Shown here: in pieces, positions 19,045 through 28,838 of the stretch | How positions within the stretch are numbered: position 1 is the first letter of the stretch | Layout of the letters: every line of letters starts with the position of its first letter | From: Candidatus Treponema equi | Lineage (GTDB): Bacteria; Spirochaetota; Spirochaetia; Treponematales; Treponemataceae | Length of the DNA stretch: 50,593 bases | NCBI GenBank assembly: GCA_018064785.1 | Contig: JAGHUO010000005.1 | Span: 1 to 50,593 of the forward strand | Direction: 5' to 3' | The notes under the pieces: generated by a model | Database searches by the model: none | Told to the model about the DNA's origin: nothing | What the model saw: the letters and a program-made list of their open reading frames with translations, nothing else | Made by a program: the position numbers and the translations under genes

Positions 19045-20187
19045 ATGCCAGCAAACAACCCTTTGGAATCGGTATATTTCGTAAAAATCCCTCAGGATGC
19101 AAAATTTTCTTCTGCAGCAATGAAGATAGATCCTTCGGTCCTGCTTCCGGTGCAGAAAAGAAATCTTGATGATCCTATCGAAGAGGATTTTGCAAAACTT
19201 TCAGAGGAACAGATTCTCTCAGGAATCCTTACTGTCCTTGCATACGACAAGGAGAACATCAATTCCGCCTATTACAGAAAGTTCATCACGGATGTTCGTC
19301 CAAACATCAAGAAGGAACTGGCTGAAGCTGCCATCCTGAAGACCCATGATGAGGAATGGGACCTTGCTGAAGAAATCTGGCTTGCTGTAAACGGAATCGA
19401 CCCTGAGGATCTTGCTGTAGTCCTTAACCTTGCGATCTTCTATGACCAGAAGGCTGACAGCTACAGGCGGAATTCCCTTGCCGATGACGCGGATGCATCG
19501 GATGACCTTGCGCTCCGTTACTATAAAAAAGTTCTTGACAGCGACAAGGAACTTCCTGACGGATATTTCAATGCAGGATTCTTCTATCTTAAGAAAAGCG
19601 AATATGGAGAGGCAAAAGCCTGCTTTGAAAACTACCTCGCCCTGGTGTCCGACCTTACAGACGAAGACCTGGGAGACAACGGAATATACAAGAAAGAGCG
19701 CGCACAGGAAATCATAAACAAGATCTCAAACCGCAACCTTGAAAGCGACAGGTTCCGTGATGCCTATAAATTCATCGCCAATGGACAGGAAGAAAAGGGC
19801 CTTGAAGAAATACGAAAATTCATAGCGGACAATCCTGCCGTGTGGAACGCATGGTTCCTTCTTGGGTGGGGACTGCGCAAACTTGGCCGTTTTGCAGACG
19901 CCAAGGCAGCTTTCCTCAAGGCTCGTGAATGTGACGGCGGTGACGAAAACGCCGATGCCCTCAACGAGCTTGCCATCTGCCAGATGGAGACAGGGGACAT
20001 TGACGGCGCATACTCGACACTCAAGGAAGCCATCTCCATGGACTGTGAGAACACAAAGATCATCTCAAACCTGGGATACATCAGCCTTAAGATGGGAAAA
20101 CCTGAAGAGGCAAGAAAGTATTTTGAGGTTGTCCTTGAAATAGATCCTGAAGACAAGATCGCCAGGGCAGAGCTTGAAAAGCTGTAG
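19045..20187 (+). CDS. Tetratricopeptide repeat protein
   Basis: Repeated TPR patterns (AWFLLGWGLRKLGRFADAKAAF, NLGYISLKMGKPEEARKYFEVVLEIDPED). Confidence 0.92.
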   Translation: MPANNPLESVYFVKIPQDAKFSSAAMKIDPSVLLPVQKRNLDDPIEEDFAKLSEEQILSGILTVLAYDKENINSAYYRKFITDVRPNIKKELAEAAILKTHDEEWDLAEEIWLAVNGIDPEDLAVVLNLAIFYDQKADSYRRNSLADDADASDDLALRYYKKVLDSDKELPDGYFNAGFFYLKKSEYGEAKACFENYLALVSDLTDEDLGDNGIYKKERAQEIINKISNRNLESDRFRDAYKFIANGQEEKGLEEIRKFIADNPAVWNAWFLLGWGLRKLGRFADAKAAFLKARECDGGDENADALNELAICQMETGDIDGAYSTLKEAISMDCENTKIISNLGYISLKMGKPEEARKYFEVVLEIDPEDKIARAELEKL

Positions 20188-20206
20188 TCAAGGCATGTAA
20201 AACAAG

Positions 20207-20239
20207 AAAGGCGCGGGAAGCAAATCCTGCGCCTTTTTT
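20207..20239. terminator. Intrinsic terminator between convergent genes
   Basis: AAAGGCGCGGGA/TCCTGCGCCTTT stem with T tract. Confidence 0.8.
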
Positions 20240-20702
20240 ATCTTCTGTACCTGTCCGGAATCTCAACCCTGTCGCCTGGTTTTATGCCGTTTGTGTCATA
20301 CCATCCCTTGGGAACTTCCAGGGCGAACTTCACCGACCTTGTGCTTTGAATGGGTGACAGGTCGTAAGGCTTCATGTCAAAGATGTCACGGATAGTTCCG
20401 CTTTTGTCTATGTATGCGATGGAAAGGGGGGTCGGAGTATTCTTCATCCAGAAACTCAACTGCTGCTCCGTTTCAAAGACAAAGAGCATGCCGGTGCCCA
20501 TGGGGATTTTTTTTCTGTTCATGAACCCATAGTTTCGTTCTTCCGTTTTTGAAGCGATTTCCGAACGAACGTGGAATTCCTTTGAGTCGGCTCTTGTTAT
20601 CTTAAGTTCTTCAACGGGAAGTCTGTATTTGCCTTTTTCCGCGCTGCATGAAAAGGATAGAAGAAATGCCGCGGCGATTGTGATGAATGAAATCTTTTTC
20701 AT
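20238..20702 (-). CDS. DUF192 domain protein, probable lipoprotein
   Basis: GFMNR...GMLFVF...FWMKNT..PLSIAYID...ALEVP; N-terminal hydrophobic segment ending in SFSC. Confidence 0.92.
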   Translation of the reverse strand: MKKISFITIAAAFLLSFSCSAEKGKYRLPVEELKITRADSKEFHVRSEIASKTEERNYGFMNRKKIPMGTGMLFVFETEQQLSFWMKNTPTPLSIAYIDKSGTIRDIFDMKPYDLSPIQSTRSVKFALEVPKGWYDTNGIKPGDRVEIPDRYRR

Positions 20703-21256
20703 AGAAGATCCAGGAAATCCTGCTTTGATTCTTCTTCGGCGGTCTTGTTCACCATTGCCTTTGACTGAAGGTCATCGAAGATTTTCTTGTCTGTGTATTT
20801 TAGTGTAAGTGGACGTTCCAGTGACATGATCACATTGTCGTCCTTCCATTCGCTTTTTTCGGGGCTGAGGGAATCTGGATCGCCGTATTTTTCAGTAAGG
20901 GCTGTATATACGGAATAATGATCCATCTTCTTGCGTCTCATGTTGATTGTGATGGTATAGAGCTTGTCCTCGTAGAACTGGAACCAGCAGCGTTCAAGAA
21001 ATGAATAAGGTGCTGTCTTTGCTGTGTCTGTCTCGATGAGGATCCTGTTTTCTCCAGGGAGAAGGGAAACATCCCTGTCTCCACGGAATCCAAAGGCTGG
21101 GTCCTTTCTCAGTTCTTCCTTTACCTGGTCGACGGACATGCCAAATCGGATTTTCTTGAATCCGTCAGGAAGACTTTCTGAGTCCTTTGCGAATGCAAGT
21201 GACGACAAAAGGAGAGAAACTGAGAATGCCAGTATTTTTCTAACGGTCTTGTGCAT
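20699..21256 (-). CDS. Secreted hypothetical protein (185 aa)
   Basis: Signal peptide (MHKTVRKIL...AFA); overlaps both neighbours in operon fashion. Confidence 0.8.
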   Translation of the reverse strand: MHKTVRKILAFSVSLLLSSLAFAKDSESLPDGFKKIRFGMSVDQVKEELRKDPAFGFRGDRDVSLLPGENRILIETDTAKTAPYSFLERCWFQFYEDKLYTITINMRRKKMDHYSVYTALTEKYGDPDSLSPEKSEWKDDNVIMSLERPLTLKYTDKKIFDDLQSKAMVNKTAEEESKQDFLDLL

Positions 21257-22439
21257 GCTTAGAATTCTGCTTTCTGTAGAAGGCGGCCTGTTTGATAAGT
21301 TCCGGTACATTTGGAACAAGAACCTGGCTGTTGACGATCTTTACGTTCTGATCGGTCATGAGCTGGTTGTATGCGGCGTTCTGCTGTTCGTTTGGAATTC
21401 CCGCAAGCTTCATCAGGTCTGTCACACTGAATCCTGTGTTGTATGCCTCACCCTTTGTAGGGAGCAGCTTGAGCTTTTCAAGCTGAAGGGCAATGACATC
21501 GATGAGCTTTTCGCGAGGATCTGTAAGCTGTGTGTTTGCAAGCTGGCGGCACATTGACCAGAGTCGGTCTGCGAATGTAGTCGTCAACTTTGAGATCATC
21601 TGTGGCTGTGTAGCAACCATCTGGTTGAAGTTGGCCGTGTTTACGACCATGAGCTGGCATGTTGTATGTGCGATGGCGTTGGCGGAACGAGGCTTGTTTT
21701 CAAGAAGCGCCATTTCACCGAACATGTCTCCTTTCTTGAGGATGGCAAGGATGACTTCCTTCCCGTCTACGACCTTTGTGATCCTTACGGAACCGTCCTG
21801 AATGATGAACATGTCACCACCAGCCTGGAATTCCGACATGATCATTGTGTTTGCAGGATAGTTTCTTACCATTTCGTTTGTAGGTTCAAAATAAACTGCT
21901 CTTGATCGTGGTTTAAGCGTTGTAAACTTTTTCTTTGCAAGTTCAATATTTATACCGTTCTTGCAATGCTTTATGTACTGATAGTAACCGTAGCAGGCAA
22001 TATCCACCTGTCCCTGTTTTTCATAGTATTCAGCGATTGGGAATATAGCCTCAGGAGAATCGATGGAAGTCTTTTTTGCCGTAAGTTTTGTAAGCTGGTC
22101 GTTGACGATTCTCATGTCACGGGCGAATGATTTTACGATCTTAAGTGCGACAGGCGTGTTCTGTGCAATCAGTTCTGAGTATTGTGATTTCATTACCATG
22201 ATGGCAGTCACAGGTTCTATGGAAACTATGGTTTTTGTCTGACTGTGACCCGACATACAGGCAATTACACCCATGAAGTCTCCTGGACCCAGGAGTTCCG
22301 GTGCGGTTCCGGGAATTGGATTCTCGTTGTAACAGCGGGCTCTTCCGCTTTGAATGATGAAAAATCTGTCAGTTGCAGGAGCACCCTCAAGAAGAATATG
22401 AGAATTTGGTTTGAAATTTACGAACGTAAGCTGAAGCAA
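21240..22439 (-). CDS. Crp-like protein with two cyclic-nucleotide-binding domains
   Basis: FFIIQSG...GDFMG (domain 1) and MFIIQDG...GDMFGEMALLENKPRSANA (domain 2); possible C-terminal HTH; TTG start after AAAGGTGG. Confidence 0.9.
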   Translation of the reverse strand: MLQLTFVNFKPNSHILLEGAPATDRFFIIQSGRARCYNENPIPGTAPELLGPGDFMGVIACMSGHSQTKTIVSIEPVTAIMVMKSQYSELIAQNTPVALKIVKSFARDMRIVNDQLTKLTAKKTSIDSPEAIFPIAEYYEKQGQVDIACYGYYQYIKHCKNGINIELAKKKFTTLKPRSRAVYFEPTNEMVRNYPANTMIMSEFQAGGDMFIIQDGSVRITKVVDGKEVILAILKKGDMFGEMALLENKPRSANAIAHTTCQLMVVNTANFNQMVATQPQMISKLTTTFADRLWSMCRQLANTQLTDPREKLIDVIALQLEKLKLLPTKGEAYNTGFSVTDLMKLAGIPNEQQNAAYNQLMTDQNVKIVNSQVLVPNVPELIKQAAFYRKQNSKHAQDR

Positions 22440-22459
22440 CTTATACCACCTTTATGTAA

Positions 22460-23458
22460 TCATTGCAGAATCTGATCTGCGAATAATATTTCAGTTTCAA
22501 GATTGAAACCGTTTTTCTGCCTTACGGTCTCCTGAACTTTCTGTACAAGAGACTTTATGTCCGCACTGGTTGCATTCCCCTGGTTGATTATTATGTTTCC
22601 ATGCCAGGGAGCGACCTGTGCTCCTCCAATTGACGTCCCCTTGAGTCCAGCCTTGTCTATGAGGCTGCCGCTAGGCTCTCCAAAACTCCTGTCGTTCTTG
22701 AATACGCTGCCTGCGCTTGGAGCCTTGAAGTGTCCTTTGTTCTCGCGGTCAAGTATATACTTCTCGCACTCCTGGCTGACCTGACGGATTGCATCCGGAT
22801 CAGCTTTCTGAGCCTTGAAAAGCACGGACGTGACTAGATAGTGACCATGCATAAAAGGTGAATTCTTATATGCCCAATCCACACCCGATTTATCATTATG
22901 ATACATTTTTAAGTGTCGTTCAATAAAATTATTGCAAAAATCGTTGTTTTTTTGCATGTCGCCAAAATCGATGAAAGAAGCACCGTGGATCACATCCGCG
23001 ATCTCTTTTCCATAGCAGCGTGCGTTCATGTAGGTCGCGCCTCCTACGGTTCCCGGCAGGCCGGCGAAGGTCTCGAGACCTCTTATTCCTTTTTCTGCGC
23101 AGAATTTCACGAGGTCGTCGGTTTTTGTTCCGGATCCGCAGGAAATCAAGACCTGGTCTCCGGTTTCCTCTGCGATTGATATGCTGTTCCATGCTTCAGT
23201 GGAGATGACAGCCGCTTCAAGTTCACCGTCCGGGGCAATGACGTTGCTTCCGCCTCCAAGAATAAGGAAAGGGATGTCTTCATTGCGCAGGCAGCCTATG
23301 GCGATGATGGCTGACTGGGGGTCCTGGGGCACGAGAAGGAGTTCAGCAGTTCCGCCTGTCTTCATTGTCGTACGGGTGGAAAGAGGTTCGTGCTGCAGAA
23401 TCTTTCCTTTATATTGCGTTTTATTGATATTTTCAGTGAATTCGTGTAATTTTAACAT
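22460..23458 (-). CDS. murB: UDP-N-acetylmuramate dehydrogenase
   Basis: LGGGSNV, GLPGTVGGA..MNARCYG, PSAGSVFKN, H.N.IIN.G.AT, LETE. Confidence 0.96.
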   Translation of the reverse strand: MLKLHEFTENINKTQYKGKILQHEPLSTRTTMKTGGTAELLLVPQDPQSAIIAIGCLRNEDIPFLILGGGSNVIAPDGELEAAVISTEAWNSISIAEETGDQVLISCGSGTKTDDLVKFCAEKGIRGLETFAGLPGTVGGATYMNARCYGKEIADVIHGASFIDFGDMQKNNDFCNNFIERHLKMYHNDKSGVDWAYKNSPFMHGHYLVTSVLFKAQKADPDAIRQVSQECEKYILDRENKGHFKAPSAGSVFKNDRSFGEPSGSLIDKAGLKGTSIGGAQVAPWHGNIIINQGNATSADIKSLVQKVQETVRQKNGFNLETEILFADQILQ

Positions 23459-23465
23459 TGTTTCT

Positions 23466-23494
23466 ATTATAGGAAACTAAAGCAAATGACGCAA
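23466..23494 (-). promoter_or_regulatory. Sigma70 promoter, probably leaderless, for the murB operon
   Basis: TTGCGT-17 nt-TATAAT, then 7 nt to ATG. Confidence 0.7.
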
Positions 23495-23519
23495 TTATTA
23501 TTTGCCATGGGAGGCTATT

Positions 23520-25046
23520 ATGGCACTTAAACTATACAATACAATGGGTCGCAAACTTGAGGAATTCAAGCCAATCACTGAAGGGTTTGTTGGATTCTAC
23601 GGATGTGGACCTACAGTATACAATTACGCACATATCGGAAATCTTCGCGCATATGTATTCCTTGATACCCTTGACCGTACTTTGACTTTCCTTGGATACG
23701 ACAAGAAGCACGTAATGAACATCACCGATGTTGGACACCTTAGCGGAGACAGCGATGACGGTGAAGACAAGATGGTAAAGACTGCGGAAGAAAGACACCA
23801 GAGCGTAATGGAGATCGCCAAGTTCTATACCGATGCCTTCTTCAACGATATCGACCGTCTTAACATCATCCGCCCTGATGTTGTCTGCAAGGCTACTGAA
23901 CACGTAAACGAGATGATCGAGCTCATCAAGAAGCTTGAGGCAAACGGCCATACATATATGGCAGGCGGAAACCTCTACTACGATGTAAGCACATACAAGG
24001 ATTACGGAAAGCTTGCAAACCTTCAGCTTGACGAGCTCAAGGAAGGTGCAGGTCGCCGCAAGGAAGTCGTAATCGACGAGAACAAGAAGAATCCACAGGA
24101 CTTTGCCCTCTGGTTCACAAAGTCAAAGTTCGAGAACCAGGCGTTGCTTTGGGATTCTCCATGGGGCAAGGGATATCCTGGATGGCACATTGAATGTTCA
24201 GCCATGAGCATGAAGTACCTTGGCCAGCATTTTGACATCCATACAGGCGGAATCGACCACGTTCCTGTTCACCATACAAACGAAATCGCACAGTCGGAAG
24301 GTTCTTTCAGCGCGGAAGAAGCCGCAAAGGGCCCTTGGGTAAACTACTGGATGCACAATGAATTCCTTGTCCTCCAGGGTGCAACAAAAATGTCAAAGTC
24401 AAGTGGTAACTTTTTGACTCTTCAGTCATTAGTAGATAAGGGATACGATGCCCTGGACTACCGCTTCTTCCTCCTTGGAGCCCATTACCGCAAGCAGATA
24501 CTTTTCAGCTGGGATGCAATGGACGGCGCAAAGAAGAGCCGCGAAGCTCTTGTTGGCCGTGTGGCAAAGCTTGCTGAAAAGTCCGACGTCCTCAAGGCTG
24601 CCGCCGCCAAGGTATATGGAAAGGGACAGGCTTCTGATGTTTCGGGGCTTTCTGAAAAGGCTGCGGAATTCATCAACAAGTTCCGCGAGGCAATGGAAAA
24701 CGACCTTCTTGCACCTGTAGGACTTTCAATGATCCAGAAGGTGATAAAGGAAAACTCTCTTTCCAACGAAGAAAAGATCGAACTCGTTGCAAGAATGGAC
24801 ACTGTAATCGGTCTTAAGCTTCTTGAAAAGGCAGCTCTTGTCCTGGAAGATGAAGAAAAGAAGGCAGGCATCAATCCTCATGAAGGTGATCCTGAAGCTG
24901 CAGAAATCGACGCTCTTGTAGCCGAAAGAACAGAAGCAAAGAAAGCAAAGAATTTCGCACGCTGTGATGAGATCAGAGACCTTCTCAAGGCCCGTGGTAT
25001 CACAATCATCGATACTCCAAAGGGACCTGAGTGGAAGCGTGACTAG
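23520..25046 (+). CDS. cysS: Cysteine--tRNA ligase
   Basis: CGPTVY..AHIGN, PGWHIECSAM, HH.NEIAQ, KMSKS; SD GGAGG before ATG 23520. Confidence 0.98.
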   Translation: MALKLYNTMGRKLEEFKPITEGFVGFYGCGPTVYNYAHIGNLRAYVFLDTLDRTLTFLGYDKKHVMNITDVGHLSGDSDDGEDKMVKTAEERHQSVMEIAKFYTDAFFNDIDRLNIIRPDVVCKATEHVNEMIELIKKLEANGHTYMAGGNLYYDVSTYKDYGKLANLQLDELKEGAGRRKEVVIDENKKNPQDFALWFTKSKFENQALLWDSPWGKGYPGWHIECSAMSMKYLGQHFDIHTGGIDHVPVHHTNEIAQSEGSFSAEEAAKGPWVNYWMHNEFLVLQGATKMSKSSGNFLTLQSLVDKGYDALDYRFFLLGAHYRKQILFSWDAMDGAKKSREALVGRVAKLAEKSDVLKAAAAKVYGKGQASDVSGLSEKAAEFINKFREAMENDLLAPVGLSMIQKVIKENSLSNEEKIELVARMDTVIGLKLLEKAALVLEDEEKKAGINPHEGDPEAAEIDALVAERTEAKKAKNFARCDEIRDLLKARGITIIDTPKGPEWKRD

Positions 25047-25093
25047 AAAGATTAGAAAATTCTAATTTTTTCTGTTACCAAAAGGATATTGAT

Positions 25094-25645
25094 TTGTTGT
25101 TTAATGAGAAAGATTCCGCGGAATTGAATGCCAACAACGATGCGGATTTTAGAAAGATATATAATTCCACGTTCACACTGCTTTTTAAAGTGTCGGTGAA
25201 GATAGTTCTTGAGGAAGAGGCTGCCGAGGACCTGGTCCATGACAGCTACATAAAGGCCAGGGAAAAGAACATGGTCTTTCCTACAATGAACGATGCTACA
25301 TTCTGGCTTATCCGCGTGGTTAAGAATGCTTCCCTGAACTATGCCAAGCGCAAGGTTCGAGAGGCAAACGCATACCACAAGGTTCTTTACGAAGGTCGCC
25401 AGCACATGGACAGCGGAGAAGTGGATCTGCTCAAGAAGGAAGCCAAGGAAATTGCTGTTGAGGCAATCAACAAACTTCCCGAGAATTTAAAGGAAGTTAT
25501 TGTTCTGCGTGAATATGCGGACATGAACTATAAGGAAATCGGCGATCAGCTTGGAATATCTGAGGGGAACGTAAAGGTAAGGGTATTCCGCGCCAGAGCA
25601 CAACTAATGAAACTCATAGGAGAAGACGATGTCTATTTGTCCTGA
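25094..25645 (+). CDS. ECF RNA polymerase sigma factor (RpoE-like)
   Basis: Region 2 (AEDLVHDSY...WLIRVVKN) and region 4 (LP...YKEIGDQLGISEGNVKVRVFRAR); TTG start. Confidence 0.93.
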   Translation: MLFNEKDSAELNANNDADFRKIYNSTFTLLFKVSVKIVLEEEAAEDLVHDSYIKAREKNMVFPTMNDATFWLIRVVKNASLNYAKRKVREANAYHKVLYEGRQHMDSGEVDLLKKEAKEIAVEAINKLPENLKEVIVLREYADMNYKEIGDQLGISEGNVKVRVFRARAQLMKLIGEDDVYLS

Positions 25646-26348
25646 AAGCGACCTTCATTCAGTTTATCTCGACGGTGAACTTCCCGAAGAATTTGTTGCG
25701 GAGTACGAGGCCCATGTTTCCTCATGCCCAAAATGTTCCGCCGAGCTTGAGAAGCTTACAAAGCTTCATGGCTTTTTCCAGGAAGACAGCAAATCCATAG
25801 CCTTTACGCAGGAGCAGCTTGACGCAAGTTTCGAGCGCCTCCAGGCAAAGATGTCTTACAGCAGATTCAAGAAAGAAGAAGCAAAGCATGTTGTCAAATT
25901 CCCTAGGTTCAAGGGCGTGCAGTTCTTTGTGGCAGGTATTGCTGCCGCAGCCGCCGTCGCTTTTGTTATTCCGCGCAACGTATCAAAGATAGAGACTGTC
26001 CGTGAGACTTTTGCTCCTGTTGCAAGGACAAGCATGTCCGGTATGTTCAACAGGGCCAGAATCGACAGCAACCTTGATGCGACACAGCTTGCATCTTTCC
26101 TTGGTTCTGAAGAAGTTCCAGGTACTCTTGTTTCAGTTTCTGCCATGTCCGACCAGTCTTTGGTTCAGAAAATGATTCTTGATGATTCCTATGGAAAAAG
26201 TTCATTTTCTTCCGTAAAACCTGCTTTGGCTGACTACGATGTTTTCTGTCCTGTCGAAGAAATCCAGGAAGAGGCGGAACATTCTAGAGGCTTTACTTTC
26301 TCTGTTTCTTCACCAATCATCAAAGTTTCTTTTCAAGTAGGAAAATGA
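25629..26348 (+). CDS. Zinc-binding (zf-HC2) transmembrane anti-sigma factor
   Basis: YLDGEL...HVSSCPKC (HxxxCxxC), one hydrophobic segment; overlaps the sigma gene. Confidence 0.88.
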   Translation: MSICPESDLHSVYLDGELPEEFVAEYEAHVSSCPKCSAELEKLTKLHGFFQEDSKSIAFTQEQLDASFERLQAKMSYSRFKKEEAKHVVKFPRFKGVQFFVAGIAAAAAVAFVIPRNVSKIETVRETFAPVARTSMSGMFNRARIDSNLDATQLASFLGSEEVPGTLVSVSAMSDQSLVQKMILDDSYGKSSFSSVKPALADYDVFCPVEEIQEEAEHSRGFTFSVSSPIIKVSFQVGK

Positions 26349-26349
26349 A

Positions 26350-28044
26350 TTGAGCATCATCAGCGCATATAAACATCTTCTCAGAAAGTCTCCACTTGTG
26401 AGGACGATTTCATGGATTGTTCTTGTGGTGGGACTTGTTTTTTTTATAAGGGCAGTAAGTCATAATGTAAAACGCAAGCCTGTCATCCAGACCATCGATC
26501 CCCTCATTGGATATCCTGGTGATGAGATGGTTGTCTCTGGAAGTGGCTTTGGATCATCCAGGGGTACATCCTATGTGGAGATCGCCGGTTCCAAGATCAC
26601 ATCCAGCGCCTATAAGACATGGTCTGACAGCAGGATAACTCTTATACTTCCGTCCAACGTACAGGACGGTCTTGTTGTTGTAGGAACATCTGCCGGCCGT
26701 TCTGAACCTGCCTTCTTTGCCAATGAAGTAGGAATTCCGGTTGCGGTCAGAATGGATCCTGGTACATCGGTACCTGTGATTTCTTCCGTATCCCACGAAA
26801 GCGCTGTTACGGGGCAGACCATAACAATCAACGGTTCAAACTTTGGCAGCGCAAGAGGAATCTCTGAAATCTACTTTACCGCAAACAGGGATGATGTCGC
26901 CAACTATGAAGACAGCGGAGACAGGGCAGGAACATTCATCGCAGCAAGTGAATCGGACTTTGACTACATCTCATGGAACGATTCAGAAATCACTGTAAGG
27001 GTGCCTGATGGAGCTGCCAGCGGTTCCTTCTATATTGAAACAAACCATGGCTCAAGCGGAACAAAGAAAATCAACATCACCCATCCTGCAGGAAAAAAAC
27101 AGTACGAGAACAGACGTACCTATGTAATACAGGTTGCGGCGGACATATCCAACCATGTTTCCACCCAGGAAAGTTCCATTTCGCTTTATATTCCAAAGCC
27201 TGTGGTTTCATCTTTCCAGCCTTATGCGGAACTGAACGAGGTTTATCCTGATCCATTCATCGTGGATGATCCTTTTGACATGATCCATAAGAAACAGTTG
27301 AACCAAATAGTCAACAACAAGCAGAGGTTCAGCCAGACCTATGTTGTAAGTTCATATAACGTGAAGGGAAACATCAATTCTGCGAAGGTTGCAGGTTACA
27401 AGGACAAGACCAGTGCCTTCTATACCCGCTATACATCTTCCGATTCCTGTGTCCAGCTTGAAAGTACGGCCATTGGACTTCTTCTTGAGACTATCAGCGG
27501 AAAGGAAAAGAATCCTTGCAAGATCGCAAAGCTCATATATGACTATTTCATCGAGAACTACGAAATCTCTGACAAGGTAAGGACCGGTGACATTTCATTC
27601 CTGGACCTCATCAGGCGCAAGAAAGGTGATGCCTATGATTTTGCTGTCCTTTTTACAGCCTTGTGCCGTCAAGCCGGAATCCCTGCGGTTCCTGTAGCCG
27701 GAATCCTTGTGCAGGACAAATCCGTTGTCACTCCTCATTGGTGGACTGAAATCTATTTTGAAGGCTATGGATGGTTCCCCGTGGATGTAGCCCTTGCCTG
27801 TGGACTTGAGTTTACACCTTTCAAGCAGATCGAGGATGTTAAGGAATTCTATTTTGGAAACATGGACTGCCAGCATGTTGCCTTCAGCAGAGGCTTCCAT
27901 CAGATAAAGCAGTCTTCGTTGAACAGCAAGATCGTCTATAGGCCAAGAACCTATGCCCTGCAGTCAATATGGGAAGAAGCAGGCGACGCGACATCAAGCT
28001 ACAGCAGCCTGTGGAACAATCCGATCATACTCGGAATATACTGA
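26350..28044 (+). CDS. Membrane-anchored 2xIPT/TIG plus transglutaminase-like domain protein
   Basis: TM helix; two G..FG...WSD/WND..I..P IPT/TIG repeats; GDAYDFAVLF.ALCR.AGIPA...H.W.E...GWFPVD core. Confidence 0.88.
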   Translation: MSIISAYKHLLRKSPLVRTISWIVLVVGLVFFIRAVSHNVKRKPVIQTIDPLIGYPGDEMVVSGSGFGSSRGTSYVEIAGSKITSSAYKTWSDSRITLILPSNVQDGLVVVGTSAGRSEPAFFANEVGIPVAVRMDPGTSVPVISSVSHESAVTGQTITINGSNFGSARGISEIYFTANRDDVANYEDSGDRAGTFIAASESDFDYISWNDSEITVRVPDGAASGSFYIETNHGSSGTKKINITHPAGKKQYENRRTYVIQVAADISNHVSTQESSISLYIPKPVVSSFQPYAELNEVYPDPFIVDDPFDMIHKKQLNQIVNNKQRFSQTYVVSSYNVKGNINSAKVAGYKDKTSAFYTRYTSSDSCVQLESTAIGLLLETISGKEKNPCKIAKLIYDYFIENYEISDKVRTGDISFLDLIRRKKGDAYDFAVLFTALCRQAGIPAVPVAGILVQDKSVVTPHWWTEIYFEGYGWFPVDVALACGLEFTPFKQIEDVKEFYFGNMDCQHVAFSRGFHQIKQSSLNSKIVYRPRTYALQSIWEEAGDATSSYSSLWNNPIILGIY

Positions 28045-28100
28045 TTATATATAATGGTCCTGTTGTTTCATCAGGACAAAGATGTTATAGGAGATATCAT

Positions 28101-28835
28101 ATGAAGACAAAAGTACTTAGCGTAGGCGGATCAATCATCGCACCTAATGAGCCGGATGTGGAACTTCTTTCAAAGTTCAGTGCCATGATTACAGAATGGC
28201 TTGAAGCAAATCCAGATGGACGCCTTATTTTTGTAGCCGGTGGTGGAGCTCCTGCACGTGTCTATCAGAATGCCTATAGAAATGTCGCCGCATCTTTCAC
28301 AGGCAAGCAGAAGGAATTGCTTTCCTATGCAAACGATGATGAGACAAACTATGCATGCGACTGGATCGGCATCATGGCAACCCGCCTCAACGCACAGATC
28401 CTTAAAACATGTTTCGGTCCATTGTGCCAGCAGGATGTAGTTACTGATCCAACAGCTGTGAGTGATTTTACAGGACGTATTCTTGTTGCCGCAGGATGGA
28501 AGCCTGGATTCAGCACCGACAATGACGCTGTTCTTCTTGCAGAAAAATTCAATGCAGATACAGTAGTCAATCTTTCAAACATAGAGAAGGTATATACCGA
28601 CGATCCAAGAAAGAATCCGGACGCAAAGCCTATCGACAACATCAGCTGGACAGACTTCCGCAAGATGGTTGGCGATGAATGGGTTCCTGGAAAGAACTGT
28701 CCATTTGATCCTATTGCTTCAAAGAAGGCTCAGGAAATGGGACTCAAGGTCATCTGCGCTGCAGGCAAGAACATCGAGAACCTTAAGGCTATCCTTGATG
28801 ACAAGGAATATGTCGGAACAACTATCGCAGGGTAA
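28101..28835 (+). CDS. pyrH: UMP kinase, archaeal-type
   Basis: VLSVGGS, GGGAPAR.YQ, D.IGI.ATRLNA, PGFSTD, VY..DP...PDA, PFDPIA, GT; SD AGGAG. Confidence 0.92.
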   Translation: MKTKVLSVGGSIIAPNEPDVELLSKFSAMITEWLEANPDGRLIFVAGGGAPARVYQNAYRNVAASFTGKQKELLSYANDDETNYACDWIGIMATRLNAQILKTCFGPLCQQDVVTDPTAVSDFTGRILVAAGWKPGFSTDNDAVLLAEKFNADTVVNLSNIEKVYTDDPRKNPDAKPIDNISWTDFRKMVGDEWVPGKNCPFDPIASKKAQEMGLKVICAAGKNIENLKAILDDKEYVGTTIAG

Positions 28836-28838
28836 GCA

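Noticed and set aside
27969-28100. Upstream extension of pyrH
   Set aside because: Overlaps the previous gene; ATG 28101 has SD AGGAG and matches the family N-terminus
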